This document shows, piece by piece, positions 36,494-46,781 of a DNA stretch of 64,000 bases. Made by a program: the position numbers and the translations under genes. Numbering within the stretch: the stretch's first letter is position 1; every line of letters begins with the position of its first letter. Location: assembly GCF_003018255.1 (NCBI RefSeq), contig NZ_CP027440.1; one strand, 5' to 3'. This DNA is from Escherichia coli (GTDB lineage Bacteria; Pseudomonadota; Gammaproteobacteria; Enterobacterales; Enterobacteriaceae). The notes under the pieces were generated by a model. That model had not been told where the DNA came from. It ran no database searches and saw nothing but the letters and a program-made list of their open reading frames with translations.

Positions 36494-38149
36494 TTACTTC
36501 TGTAACCACCAGACAGCCTCAAAAGGCCGTAAAGTCATGGCACAGGGTTGTGGTGAGGCTTCTTCGTAGTTATGCATCACAAGCTGCCAGTTGCCGAGCA
36601 TTTTCCCTGGCTGCCAGGGTTGGGTCTCACGGCTAAGGTTGGCAATGACCAGTAAGGTTTGCCCCTTCCACTCACGGCGATAGCACCACAATACAGGGCT
36701 GTTTGGCAGCAGATCCTGGTAATCGCCCCATGTCAGGACGGCTTCTTGCTTACGCAGTGCGATTAACTTTTGGTAGGTGTAAAACACCGAGGACTCATCG
36801 GCCAGCGCTGCTTCTACGTTGATTTCCTGATAGTTATCGCCCAGGCCAATCCACGGTTCGCCAGCCGTAAACCCGGCATTATCGCCGTTGCTCCATTGCA
36901 TGGGTGTGCGACTGTTGTCACGGGATTTACTGGCGAGGATTGCCAATAACTCGTCGGCATCACGACCATCGTTGCGCAGCTCGGCAAACATATTGAGGCT
37001 CTCCACGTCGCGATAGTCAGTAATGCGCGTGAAATGCGGGTTGGTCATGCCAATCTCTTCGCCCTGGTAGATATACGGCGTTCCCTGCATGCCATGCAGC
37101 ACCATCGCCAGCATTTTTGCCGCAGGCACGCGGTATTCACCTTCATCACCAAAGCGAGAAACAATGCGCGGCTGATCGTGGTTACACCAGAACAAGGCAT
37201 TCCATGCCACGTTGTGCATTCCTTGTTGCCAGTGGCGGAACAATGTTTTCAACGCCACAAAGTCAGGTTTAGCCAGCGTCCATTTTTCACCACTGGGATA
37301 ATCGACTTTCAGGTGATGAAAATTAAAGGTCATCGACAATTCACTGCCTGTCAGTGTCGCATATCGCTGGCAATGCTCAAGGCTGGTGGAGGACATTTCA
37401 CCTACGGTCATTAACCTGCGTGGCGTAAACACATCGCGGTTCATCTCGTGCAAAAACTCGTGTGCTCGTGGCCCGTCGGTGTAGAAGCGACGCCCGTCGC
37501 CATCCAGGTCATCAGGGAAACGCGGGTCTTTGGAGATCAGATTCACCACATCCAGGCGCAACCCGTCGACCCCACGATCGGCCCAGAACTCACAGACTTT
37601 TTTCAGCTCTGCGCGTACCGCTGGATTCTCCCAGTTGAGATCCGCCTGTTCTGGTGCAAAGAGATGCAAATAGTACTGTTCGCTTTCCGCATGCCAGCGC
37701 CACGCACTACCGCCAAATTTTGAACGCCAGTTGTTCGGTGGCGTTTCTGATTCTCCATCGCGCCAGATATAAAACTGGCGGTAAGGGCTTGCTTTGTTCA
37801 GCGCCTCGCGAAACCAGGCATGTTGGGTAGAGGTATGGTTAAACACCATATCGAGAATGATACGAATCCCGCGCGATTTTGCCTGTGTCACCAGTTCGTC
37901 AAAATCGTCCAGCGTGCCGTAGGTGGGATCAATAGCCGTATAGTTCGCTACGTCGTAACCGTTATCAACCTGGGGAGAGACATAAAAGGGGGTTAGCCAG
38001 ATGGCATCAACGCCCAGTTTATGCAGATAGTCCAGGCGCTGGATAACGCCACGTAAATCGCCGGTGCCGCTACCCGTGGTGTCCTGAAAACTCTTTGGAT
38101 AAATCTGGTAGATAACGCCGTTTTGCCACCAGTGGGGAAGATTAGTCAT
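36494..38149 (-). CDS. treC: trehalose-6-phosphate hydrolase
   Basis: ORF 36494..38296; start MTNLPHWWQNGVIYQIYPKSF at 38149 gives 551 aa; GH13 family. Confidence 0.9.
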   Translation of the reverse strand: MTNLPHWWQNGVIYQIYPKSFQDTTGSGTGDLRGVIQRLDYLHKLGVDAIWLTPFYVSPQVDNGYDVANYTAIDPTYGTLDDFDELVTQAKSRGIRIILDMVFNHTSTQHAWFREALNKASPYRQFYIWRDGESETPPNNWRSKFGGSAWRWHAESEQYYLHLFAPEQADLNWENPAVRAELKKVCEFWADRGVDGLRLDVVNLISKDPRFPDDLDGDGRRFYTDGPRAHEFLHEMNRDVFTPRRLMTVGEMSSTSLEHCQRYATLTGSELSMTFNFHHLKVDYPSGEKWTLAKPDFVALKTLFRHWQQGMHNVAWNALFWCNHDQPRIVSRFGDEGEYRVPAAKMLAMVLHGMQGTPYIYQGEEIGMTNPHFTRITDYRDVESLNMFAELRNDGRDADELLAILASKSRDNSRTPMQWSNGDNAGFTAGEPWIGLGDNYQEINVEAALADESSVFYTYQKLIALRKQEAVLTWGDYQDLLPNSPVLWCYRREWKGQTLLVIANLSRETQPWQPGKMLGNWQLVMHNYEEASPQPCAMTLRPFEAVWWLQK

Positions 38150-38198
38150 TACGTTATTCCTGCAAATGCGAGGGGGCGCAATTGCGCCCCGAAGAAAA

Positions 38199-39620
38199 TT
38201 AAACAATGTCCAGCGTGCCCAGGCGGTATTTCCGCTGATAGATAAACGAGGTGAGTACAATCGGGATGATGATGGCGATAGCCATTGCCAGCGCAAACAC
38301 CTGCCAGTAGCTCGGTTGAATCGAGAGAATTCCCGGCAGGCCGCCTACGCCGATGCCATTCGCCATAACGCCGTTCAGGCCGCATAGCAATCCTGCCAGA
38401 CCAGAACCAATCATCGCGCACAGCATCGGGAAGCGATATTTCAGGTTGATGCCGTACATAGCAGGCTCAGTGACTCCAAGCCAGGCGGAGATAGCGGCAG
38501 GCACGGAGATCTCGCGTTCATTGTGCTTGCGGCTGGAAATGATAATGCCTATCACGGCGGAACCCTGAGCGATATTCGACAGCGCAATCAGCGGCCACAC
38601 TGGCGTACCACCCATGCTTTGAATCATCTGCAAATCAATAGCAAGCGTGGTCTGATGTACGCCGGTGATCACCAGCGGGGCGTACAGGAAGCCAAACAAT
38701 GCCGCGCCAATCGGAGCAAAGCTGCCGGTCATCAGGTGACGTACCGCAAAGGCAACGCCATCGCCAATCATGCGACCAAACGGACCAATCAGCGCATGGG
38801 CGAGGAACACCGCGAGGATCAGCGAACAAACGGGCACCACCACCAGATAGAGGTAATCCGGCACGATGCGCTTAAGACGAGTTTCAATAACGCCCAGCGC
38901 CAGCCCGGCTAACAGTGCCGGGATCACCTGCGCCTGATAGCCCACTTTGGCGATGCTGAACATGCCAAAGTCCCACACTTCCGGCAGCTGCTGCCCGAGC
39001 AGATAAGCGTTCATCAGCTGTGGAGAAACCAGCGTTACGCCAAGCACGATACCAAGGATCGGCGTGCCGCCCATTTTTTTCACCGCTGACCAGCAAATCC
39101 CGACCGGCAGGTAGAAGAAGATCGCTTCACCGATCAACCACAGAAAATCGTAGATCGTTTGCAGGGAAGGGTACATTTGCGCCAGCGTTTGACCGTTGCT
39201 CATGGGCAAATCGCCGATCACATTGCGAAAACCGAGGATCAAACCGCCGCTAATCAACGCGGGCAGCAACGGGAAGAAAATCTCCGCGAAATGAGAGATC
39301 AACTGCTCATGCCATTTCATATTCTGCCGGGCGGCTTTTTTTACCTGCTCTTTATCAACCTGCGCCTGTCCGGTTGACGCTATCAGTGCTTGATAGTAAT
39401 CACCCACGTTGGTGCCAATCACCACCTGAAATTGCCCGGCATTGGTGAAACAGCCTTTCACCATGGGGAGTTGCTCAATTTCTTTCGGTCTGGCATTGGC
39501 CGGTTGGTTGAGGACAAAGCGCAGACGAGTAATACAGTGGCTCACCGTCGCAATATTGCCGCGCCCGCCGACCAGTTCAATCAACCGATCGATATCCGTT
39601 TGGTTTATTTTGCTCATCAT
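38199..39620 (-). CDS. treB: PTS trehalose-specific EIIBC component
   Basis: 473-aa ORF with N-terminal EIIB cysteine motif (HCITRLR) and EIIC membrane domain. Confidence 0.9.
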   Translation of the reverse strand: MMSKINQTDIDRLIELVGGRGNIATVSHCITRLRFVLNQPANARPKEIEQLPMVKGCFTNAGQFQVVIGTNVGDYYQALIASTGQAQVDKEQVKKAARQNMKWHEQLISHFAEIFFPLLPALISGGLILGFRNVIGDLPMSNGQTLAQMYPSLQTIYDFLWLIGEAIFFYLPVGICWSAVKKMGGTPILGIVLGVTLVSPQLMNAYLLGQQLPEVWDFGMFSIAKVGYQAQVIPALLAGLALGVIETRLKRIVPDYLYLVVVPVCSLILAVFLAHALIGPFGRMIGDGVAFAVRHLMTGSFAPIGAALFGFLYAPLVITGVHQTTLAIDLQMIQSMGGTPVWPLIALSNIAQGSAVIGIIISSRKHNEREISVPAAISAWLGVTEPAMYGINLKYRFPMLCAMIGSGLAGLLCGLNGVMANGIGVGGLPGILSIQPSYWQVFALAMAIAIIIPIVLTSFIYQRKYRLGTLDIV

Positions 39621-39686
39621 AAAGCCCCATGGCAGATGACATTTTTGGTTGGCTGCAGAATATATTGCGCTGAAAAATTTAAAAAA

Positions 39687-39700
39687 CGGGAACGTTCCCG
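39687..39700. promoter_or_regulatory. TreR operator (perfect 14-bp palindrome) in the treB promoter
   Basis: CGGGAACGTTCCCG, 67-80 bp upstream of the treB start codon; CG-centred LacI-family-type operator. Confidence 0.65.
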
Positions 39701-39739
39701 AAACGCAGCGAAGATCACAATTTATCGTTCAGGAAACGA

Positions 39740-40687
39740 TCAGGACAGGGTGGCGGGAATGATGATTTGTTGCGGTTCGCTGCGCCCGGTTACCTGCGCG
39801 ATCAACTGGCAGGCCGCCTGGCGTCCAGCTTCGGCGTAACCGGGATCTACGGTGACGATCTCCGGATGGAGGAATTTCATTAACGGCGTATTACCGACGC
39901 TCGCCAGTTGCAAGGTGTCGATGCGTTGCTCTTGCAGGTATTTACTTGCGCCAAGTGCCAGCGTGTCGGTTGCGCACAGTAACGCGGTAGTTTCAGGCGT
40001 AATCACTTTTGCTACGTTCTCATAGCCTTGCTTCATAGCAAGCCCTGGCAGAGCGGCAACGGGATGCAATTTATGCGCTTTGCAGAACGCCAGGTAGGCT
40101 TCGTGACGTCGCTTACCGGTCGTCACGTCACTGTGCGGCACGCCGAGATAACTGATATTACGATGTCCCTGGTCATACAGCCGTTGCATCAGGATCTTGA
40201 TTGCCCCTTCGTCGTCATAACAGACCGAAGCAAAGCCTTTTGCGTCACGCGCCAGCAGAACCAGCGATGACTGCCAGTGGGCTAACATTTCTTCTGTTAT
40301 GCCGGTAAAACCGAACAGCACTACGCCGTCGATATTACGCCGTTTCAGCACCCCCAAATGTTCGGCAACTAATTGTGGGGAAAACTGACTTTCCATCATG
40401 ATTGGATCGTAACCTTGTTCATAGAACGCTGGCAGCATGGTTTGAACGGCGAGATTTTCTGACAACGAATCCAGACGGGTAACAATGATGGCGACCACTT
40501 TATCGCTTTGCCCACGCATAGCGCGCGCAGAGCGGGAAGGGGAAAATCCATGCTGATTCATCACTGCTTCAACACGCTCGCGCGTGCGCTGGCTCACGCC
40601 GCTTTCGTTATTCAGCACCCGGGAAACCGTAGATTTCCCCACGCCGCTTAAGCGCGCGATGTCTTTGATGGTCAGCCGATTTTGCAT
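39740..40687 (-). CDS. treR: trehalose operon repressor (LacI family)
   Basis: 315-aa ORF with N-terminal HTH (TIKDIARLSGVGKSTVSRVLNN). Confidence 0.9.
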   Translation of the reverse strand: MQNRLTIKDIARLSGVGKSTVSRVLNNESGVSQRTRERVEAVMNQHGFSPSRSARAMRGQSDKVVAIIVTRLDSLSENLAVQTMLPAFYEQGYDPIMMESQFSPQLVAEHLGVLKRRNIDGVVLFGFTGITEEMLAHWQSSLVLLARDAKGFASVCYDDEGAIKILMQRLYDQGHRNISYLGVPHSDVTTGKRRHEAYLAFCKAHKLHPVAALPGLAMKQGYENVAKVITPETTALLCATDTLALGASKYLQEQRIDTLQLASVGNTPLMKFLHPEIVTVDPGYAEAGRQAACQLIAQVTGRSEPQQIIIPATLS

Positions 40688-40761
40688 CCTGTTGTCCCAT
40701 AACGTGTTGTTTAATTATTTGAGCCTAACTTTACCTGTGCATTCAGCAATGGGTAAAGTCT

Positions 40762-40778
40762 GGTTTATCGTTGGTTTA
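40762..40778 (+). promoter_or_regulatory. PhoP box of the mgtA promoter
   Basis: GGTTTA-tcgtt-GGTTTA direct repeat, with -10-like TATTAT 12 bp downstream (40791-40796). Confidence 0.7.
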
Positions 40779-40871
40779 GTTGCCAGCAGGTATTATATCG
40801 CCATAAATGCTACGAATATTATTGGATTCTCCTTATTATTTGCGGCGCTTTTTTCACTTACCGGAGGTTAT

Positions 40872-40925
40872 ATGGAACCTGATCCCACGCCTCTCCCTCG
40901 ACGGAGATTAAAACTTTTCCGGTAA
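40872..40925 (+). CDS. mgtL: mgtA leader peptide MgtL (17 aa, proline-rich)
   Basis: ATG preceded by ggaggt SD; encodes [17 protein letters not shown] within the mgtA 5' leader; the ORF-track 113-aa frame 40584..40925 is mostly non-coding. Confidence 0.75.
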
Positions 40926-41065
40926 GCCCGTCTTTTCACGGCGTTACCGGATGCGTAAGGCCGTGACGTTTTAACGTCCCTGCTCAGCTTTATTACCTTC
41001 AGGTAAGGCTTCGCCACGCCTGAAGACATTTCTGTACTGTTTCAGACAGTGCGGAGGGACTCCTT

Positions 41066-43762
41066 ATGTTTAAAGAAATTTTTACCCGGTTCATTCGCCA
41101 TTTACCTTCCCGTCTGGTTCATCGCGATCCATTGCCTGGCGCGCAGCAGACAGTGAATACGGCGGTCCCGCCGTCCTTAAGTGCGCATTGCCTGAAAATG
41201 GCGGTGATGCCCGAAGAAGAATTGTGGAAAACGTTCGACACCCATCCGGAAGGATTAAATCAGGCGGAAGTGGAATCTGCCCGCGAACAACATGGTGAAA
41301 ATAAATTACCCGCACAACAACCGTCGCCGTGGTGGGTTCATTTATGGGTCTGCTATCGCAACCCCTTTAATATTTTACTCACCATTCTCGGCGCTATTTC
41401 TTACGCCACGGAAGATTTATTTGCCGCGGGCGTTATCGCGCTAATGGTCGCTATTTCTACGTTGCTGAACTTTATTCAGGAAGCACGTTCCACTAAAGCG
41501 GCAGATGCCCTGAAAGCGATGGTCAGCAATACTGCGACGGTGCTGCGCGTAATTAACGACAAAGGCGAAAATGGCTGGCTGGAGATCCCGATCGACCAAC
41601 TGGTGCCCGGCGATATTATAAAACTGGCGGCAGGGGATATGATCCCGGCAGATTTACGTATCTTGCAGGCGCGGGATCTGTTCGTCGCTCAGGCGTCGTT
41701 AACCGGTGAGTCTCTGCCCGTGGAAAAAGCCGCTACTACTCGCCAGCCGGAGCACAGCAATCCGCTGGAGTGCGACACCCTGTGTTTTATGGGCACCACC
41801 GTGGTGAGCGGTACGGCACAAGCAATGGTGATTGCCACAGGGGCCAATACCTGGTTTGGTCAACTGGCGGGGCGTGTTAGTGAGCAGGAAAGCGAGCCGA
41901 ATGCCTTTCAGCAAGGGATTAGCCGCGTCAGTATGCTGCTGATTCGCTTTATGCTGGTGATGGCTCCGGTGGTGTTGCTTATCAACGGTTACACCAAAGG
42001 CGACTGGTGGGAAGCGGCACTGTTTGCGCTTTCGGTCGCGGTAGGCTTAACGCCAGAAATGTTGCCGATGATTGTTACCTCGACGCTGGCGCGCGGCGCA
42101 GTAAAGCTGTCGAAACAGAAAGTGATCGTCAAACATCTGGATGCCATTCAGAACTTTGGCGCAATGGATATTCTGTGCACTGATAAAACCGGCACCCTGA
42201 CGCAGGACAAAATTGTGCTGGAGAATCATACCGATATCTCCGGTAAAACCAGCGAACGCGTGCTGCATAGCGCGTGGTTGAACAGTCATTACCAGACCGG
42301 ACTTAAAAACCTGCTTGATACCGCGGTGCTCGAAGGTACGGATGAAGAGTCAGCGCGTTCGCTGGCCAGCCGTTGGCAAAAAATTGATGAGATTCCGTTT
42401 GATTTCGAGCGTCGTCGGATGTCGGTGGTAGTGGCAGAAAATACCGAACACCATCAGCTGGTTTGCAAAGGTGCATTGCAGGAAATCCTCAATGTGTGTT
42501 CGCAGGTGCGTCACAATGGCGAGATTGTGCCGCTCGATGACATCATGCTGCGTAAGATTAAGCGGGTTACTGATACGCTGAATCGTCAGGGGCTGCGCGT
42601 GGTTGCGGTGGCGACGAAATACCTGCCAGCGCGTGAAGGAGATTACCAGCGGGCGGATGAATCCGACCTGATCCTCGAAGGATATATTGCTTTCCTTGAT
42701 CCGCCAAAAGAGACAACCGCTCCGGCACTGAAGGCATTAAAAGCGAGTGGAATTACCGTAAAAATCCTTACTGGCGACAGTGAGTTAGTTGCAGCGAAAG
42801 TGTGCCATGAAGTGGGGCTGGATGCGGGAGAGGTGGTCATTGGTAGTGATATTGAAACGCTATCTGACGATGAACTGGCAAATCTCGCACAGCGCACCAC
42901 GCTGTTTGCCCGCCTGACGCCGATGCATAAAGAACGCATTGTGACCTTACTGAAGCGCGAAGGGCATGTGGTTGGCTTTATGGGCGATGGTATTAATGAT
43001 GCGCCCGCCTTACGCGCTGCGGATATCGGCATTTCTGTGGACGGCGCGGTAGATATTGCCCGTGAAGCGGCTGATATCATCCTGCTGGAAAAAAGCCTGA
43101 TGGTGCTGGAAGAGGGGGTTATTGAGGGACGTCGCACTTTCGCCAACATGCTGAAATACATCAAAATGACGGCGAGTTCTAACTTCGGTAATGTGTTCAG
43201 CGTGCTGGTGGCGAGTGCTTTCTTGCCCTTCCTGCCGATGTTGCCGTTACACTTGCTTATTCAGAACTTGCTGTACGATGTGTCACAGGTGGCGATCCCG
43301 TTTGATAACGTCGACGACGAGCAAATTCAAAAGCCGCAGCGTTGGAATCCGGCGGATCTGGGGCGCTTTATGATCTTCTTCGGACCGATCAGCTCGATCT
43401 TCGATATTCTGACGTTTTGCCTGATGTGGTGGGTATTCCATGCCAACACGCCGGAAACGCAAACGCTGTTCCAGTCGGGCTGGTTTGTGGTGGGCTTACT
43501 GTCGCAAACGCTGATTGTGCATATGATCCGTACCCGTCGTGTACCGTTTATTCAGAGCTGTGCATCGTGGCCGTTAATGATCATGACCGTGATCGTGATG
43601 ATTGTCGGGATCGCATTGCCGTTTTCACCGCTGGCCAGTTATCTGCAGCTGCAGGCGCTGCCGTTAAGCTATTTCCCGTGGCTGGTTGCGATTCTGGCAG
43701 GGTATATGACGTTAACCCAGTTGGTGAAAGGGGTCTATAGCCGTCGTTACGGCTGGCAGTAA
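41066..43762 (+). CDS. mgtA: Mg2+-importing P-type ATPase
   Basis: 898-aa ORF with DKTGTLT phosphorylation motif and GDGINDAPAL hinge motif. Confidence 0.95.
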   Translation: MFKEIFTRFIRHLPSRLVHRDPLPGAQQTVNTAVPPSLSAHCLKMAVMPEEELWKTFDTHPEGLNQAEVESAREQHGENKLPAQQPSPWWVHLWVCYRNPFNILLTILGAISYATEDLFAAGVIALMVAISTLLNFIQEARSTKAADALKAMVSNTATVLRVINDKGENGWLEIPIDQLVPGDIIKLAAGDMIPADLRILQARDLFVAQASLTGESLPVEKAATTRQPEHSNPLECDTLCFMGTTVVSGTAQAMVIATGANTWFGQLAGRVSEQESEPNAFQQGISRVSMLLIRFMLVMAPVVLLINGYTKGDWWEAALFALSVAVGLTPEMLPMIVTSTLARGAVKLSKQKVIVKHLDAIQNFGAMDILCTDKTGTLTQDKIVLENHTDISGKTSERVLHSAWLNSHYQTGLKNLLDTAVLEGTDEESARSLASRWQKIDEIPFDFERRRMSVVVAENTEHHQLVCKGALQEILNVCSQVRHNGEIVPLDDIMLRKIKRVTDTLNRQGLRVVAVATKYLPAREGDYQRADESDLILEGYIAFLDPPKETTAPALKALKASGITVKILTGDSELVAAKVCHEVGLDAGEVVIGSDIETLSDDELANLAQRTTLFARLTPMHKERIVTLLKREGHVVGFMGDGINDAPALRAADIGISVDGAVDIAREAADIILLEKSLMVLEEGVIEGRRTFANMLKYIKMTASSNFGNVFSVLVASAFLPFLPMLPLHLLIQNLLYDVSQVAIPFDNVDDEQIQKPQRWNPADLGRFMIFFGPISSIFDILTFCLMWWVFHANTPETQTLFQSGWFVVGLLSQTLIVHMIRTRRVPFIQSCASWPLMIMTVIVMIVGIALPFSPLASYLQLQALPLSYFPWLVAILAGYMTLTQLVKGVYSRRYGWQ

Positions 43763-43819
43763 AGAATAAACTGGGCATGGTGGCCCGGATTCAGATTGCA
43801 GACAAAGTGAGCTTTGTTC

Positions 43820-43909
43820 ATGCCGGATGCGGCGTAAACGCCCAATCCGGCCTACAAATTCAATAAATTGCAGGAATCACGTAGGCCTGATAAGCGTAGC
43901 GCATCGGGC
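43820..43909. repeat. REP/BIME cluster between convergent mgtA and ridA
   Basis: ATGCCGGATGCGGCGTAAACGCCCAATCCGGCCTAC and GTAGGCCTGATAAGCGTAGCGCATCGGGC. Confidence 0.65.
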
Positions 43910-43967
43910 GATTTTGCTTTTGTCATCAGACTTAATCCGGGCATGATAGCCCGGATTTCCATCAAGA

Positions 43968-44354
43968 TTAGCGACGAACAGCGATTGCTTCGATCTCAAT
44001 CTTCACGTCTTTCGGCAGACGGGCAACTTCAACGCAAGAACGTGCCGGGAAGGTGGCATTGTGCTCGGTGAAGAACGCTTCGTAAGTGGCGTTTACGGTT
44101 GCGAAGTCGTTCAGATCTTTCACGAACACGGTGGTTTTAACGATGTCGCCCACTTTCAGACCAGCGGCTTCGACGATCGCTTTTACGTTATCCAGCGACT
44201 GACGTGCCTGTGCAGCGACGTCTGCCGGTACTTCGCCCGTTTTCGGATTTACCGGGATCTGACCGGAGGTGATGATCATATTGCCCAGATCAACGCCCTG
44301 TACGTAAGGACCGATAGCTGCCGGTGCATTTTCCGTCGCGATAGTTTTGCTCAT
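43968..44354 (-). CDS. ridA: 2-iminobutanoate/2-iminopropanoate deaminase RidA (YjgF)
   Basis: ORF 43968..44426; start MSKTIATENAPAAIGPYVQG at 44354 gives 128 aa. Confidence 0.9.
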   Translation of the reverse strand: MSKTIATENAPAAIGPYVQGVDLGNMIITSGQIPVNPKTGEVPADVAAQARQSLDNVKAIVEAAGLKVGDIVKTTVFVKDLNDFATVNATYEAFFTEHNATFPARSCVEVARLPKDVKIEIEAIAVRR

Positions 44355-44426
44355 GATTTCTCCTTTATTACAGCGGTAAAAAGTCTGGCTCATTATAGGG
44401 AGCCAGACTTTTATTACCAACCGCAA

Positions 44427-44888
44427 TTAATTGGCCAGCACCACATTATGGGAAAACTCTTTTTCACAGTATTTGCATTTGAGCGCGATGGCATTGGCGC
44501 GTTTTCGCACGGCAAAGCTGGAAGAAACCGGTTCGGCATGGCTGATACAGTTGCTGTTCGGGCAGACCAGCACATTGTCGATGCGCTCCGGCAGACTGGG
44601 GCGCGATTTGCCAACCACTTCATAGTTGTCGATACGGTTAACCGTGGCTTGCGGTGCATACAATGCCAGTTGATCTACCTGATCTTCACTCAAAAAGGTA
44701 TTTTCGATTTTGATCAGATCTTTGCGGCCCATCTCGCCAGAAGGCAGGTTCAGACCAATGGTGATCCGCTGATCCGTTTCGGTCAGCTTGAACAGACTCA
44801 ACAGCTTAAAACCGATCTGGGCGGGGATATGGTCAATTACCGTGCCGCGTTTAATAGCTTCAACCTGCAATTTATTATCGTGTGTCAT
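44427..44888 (-). CDS. pyrI: aspartate carbamoyltransferase regulatory subunit
   Basis: 153-aa ORF with C-terminal Zn-binding cysteines (CPNSNC...CKYCEKEF). Confidence 0.95.
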   Translation of the reverse strand: MTHDNKLQVEAIKRGTVIDHIPAQIGFKLLSLFKLTETDQRITIGLNLPSGEMGRKDLIKIENTFLSEDQVDQLALYAPQATVNRIDNYEVVGKSRPSLPERIDNVLVCPNSNCISHAEPVSSSFAVRKRANAIALKCKYCEKEFSHNVVLAN

Positions 44889-44900
44889 CTCTATTTCCCC

Positions 44901-45836
44901 TTACAGTACCAGATCGCGATTCAGAACCAGTGCCAGTAACGCCTGGCGAGCGAAAATCCCGTTGCCTGCTTGCTGGAAGTACCAGGCGTGAGGCGTTTTA
45001 TCCACATCCGTCGCAATCTCATCAACACGCGGCAGCGGATGCAGCACTTTCATATTGGCTTTGGCGTTGTGGAGATCGCTGGCGCGAAGAACAAACTGCG
45101 CTTTCACGTTGGCGTACTCGGACGGGTCCAGACGCTCTTTTTGCACGCGGGTCATGTACAGGATGTCTACTTCCGCCATCACTTCTTCAATAGAGCTGTG
45201 CAGACTCCAGGCGATCCCTTTTTCATCGAGCATATCAAGGATGTATTGCGGCATTGCCAGCGCATCCGGCGCGATAAAGTAAAAACGGTTGCCGTCGAAC
45301 TTCGCTAGCGCCTGGGTCAGGGAGTGAACGGTGCGGCCATATTTCAGGTCACCAACCATTGCGACGTGGAGATTGTCCAGACGCCCCTGGGTTTCCTGAA
45401 TGGTGAATAAGTCCAGCAAGGTTTGCGTCGGATGTTGGTTGGAGCCATCACCGGCATTCAGTACCGGTACATTGCCAGAAAATTCGGTGGCCAGGCGCGC
45501 CGCACCTTCCTGCGGATGACGCATCACTATCGCATCGACGTAAGTGCTGATAACCGAAATGGTATCGGCCAGCGTTTCGCCTTTTTTACCCAGTGATGTA
45601 TTGGCGCTGTCGGAGAAGCCCACCACGCTGGCACCCAGGCGGTGCATGGAAGTTTCGAAAGAGAGGCGGGTACGGGTAGAGGCTTCGAAGAAACAGCTGG
45701 CAATGACTTTGTGCTTCAACAGCTCTGGTTGCGGGTTTGCTTTCAGTTTCGCCGCTGTCGCCAGCACCAGATTAAGGTCATCGCGACTAAGGTCGTTTAT
45801 GGAAATGATATGTTTCTGATATAGCGGATTAGCCAT
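44901..45836 (-). CDS. pyrB: aspartate carbamoyltransferase catalytic subunit
   Basis: 311-aa [28 protein letters not shown] with STRTR carbamoyl-phosphate motif. Confidence 0.95.
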
Positions 45837-45839
45837 CTT

Positions 45840-45974
45840 TTATCTCCTGACGCCTGGGCAAAAAAAAGCCCCTCGATTGAGGGGCTGGGAATGGGTGATC
45901 AACGGGAAGAAAAACGGCAGGCCAGCGTCTTTTTTCAGACGCGGTAAGACAAAATGTCGAACACACTGAACCAT
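45840..45974 (-). CDS. pyrL: pyrBI operon leader peptide
   Basis: ORF track frame 45840..46040; start MVQCVRHFVLPRLKK at 45974 gives 44 aa; reads through the attenuator hairpin and U-tract. Confidence 0.75.
   Translation of the reverse strand: MVQCVRHFVLPRLKKDAGLPFFFPLITHSQPLNRGAFFCPGVRR
45861..45889 (-). terminator. pyrBI attenuator (intrinsic terminator inside pyrL)
   Basis: Minus-strand GCCCCTC-aatc-GAGGGGC stem followed by eight T; lies just upstream of the pyrB start. Confidence 0.85.
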
Positions 45975-46254
45975 ACATCCTCCCGGCAAATTGTCCGGCA
46001 TTATACTCATCGTCAGAAGCGGTGCAAGCATTTGATGCAATATTTTGTCAGCGCAAACGGTTTATTTGAATTAAAAGTCAAAATACATGCATTTTTATTT
46101 GATGTGATTCTGGGGGAGAACTGTCGTTCGGTATCAATAATTGCAGACATTTCCTGCTTTTTTCTTTTTCACTTTCACGCAATCAGATATGCATTTTATT
46201 CCATTCATCCGACTTATAGGGCGGAGTGTGAAAACGAACGGCTAACACTATTGC

Positions 46255-46650
46255 TTATAGCTCAGGGATGCGCGCTATCACTTTAATTTCAAAATCAAAG
46301 CCTGCCAGCCAGGTAACACCCACCGCCGTCCAGTTTGGATAAGGTGGGGCGCTAAATATTTCATTTTTGACCGTCATGATGTCTTCAAATTGTTTTTCTG
46401 GATCGGTATGAAAGCTCGTAACATCAATGATATCGTCAAAAGTGCATCCCGCAGCAGCCAGGGTCGCATGCAAATTATCAAATGCCAGTCTGACTTGTTG
46501 CTGAAAATCGGGTTCTGGTGTTCCGTCCTCTCGACTTCCTACTTGCCCGGAAACAAACAGCAAATCGCCGGAACGAATAGCCGCAGAATAACGATGCTCA
46601 GCATACAGTGAATGTCGGCCAGCAGGGAAAACAGCGGTTCTTTCTACCAT
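46255..46650 (-). CDS. yjgH: RidA/YjgF-family protein YjgH
   Basis: ORF 46255..46734; start MVERTAVFPAGRHSLY at 46650 gives 131 aa. Confidence 0.8.
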   Translation of the reverse strand: MVERTAVFPAGRHSLYAEHRYSAAIRSGDLLFVSGQVGSREDGTPEPDFQQQVRLAFDNLHATLAAAGCTFDDIIDVTSFHTDPEKQFEDIMTVKNEIFSAPPYPNWTAVGVTWLAGFDFEIKVIARIPEL

Positions 46651-46781
46651 TTGGTTATCCTCAAGATTTACGACATGAACAGAAGATTTATATTTACCGG
46701 GAGCCGCTTTTAGGGGGACGACGTTAGTAAACAAAACCCAGACATCATGGATAATGGCTGGGCTTAATTGAGCGTAGTCGG

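Noticed and set aside
40584-40925. 113-aa plus-strand ORF overlapping the treR start and mgtA leader
   Set aside because: Only its last 17 codons (mgtL, 40872-40925) have a ribosome-binding site and known function; the upstream part spans the treR/mgtA promoter region.
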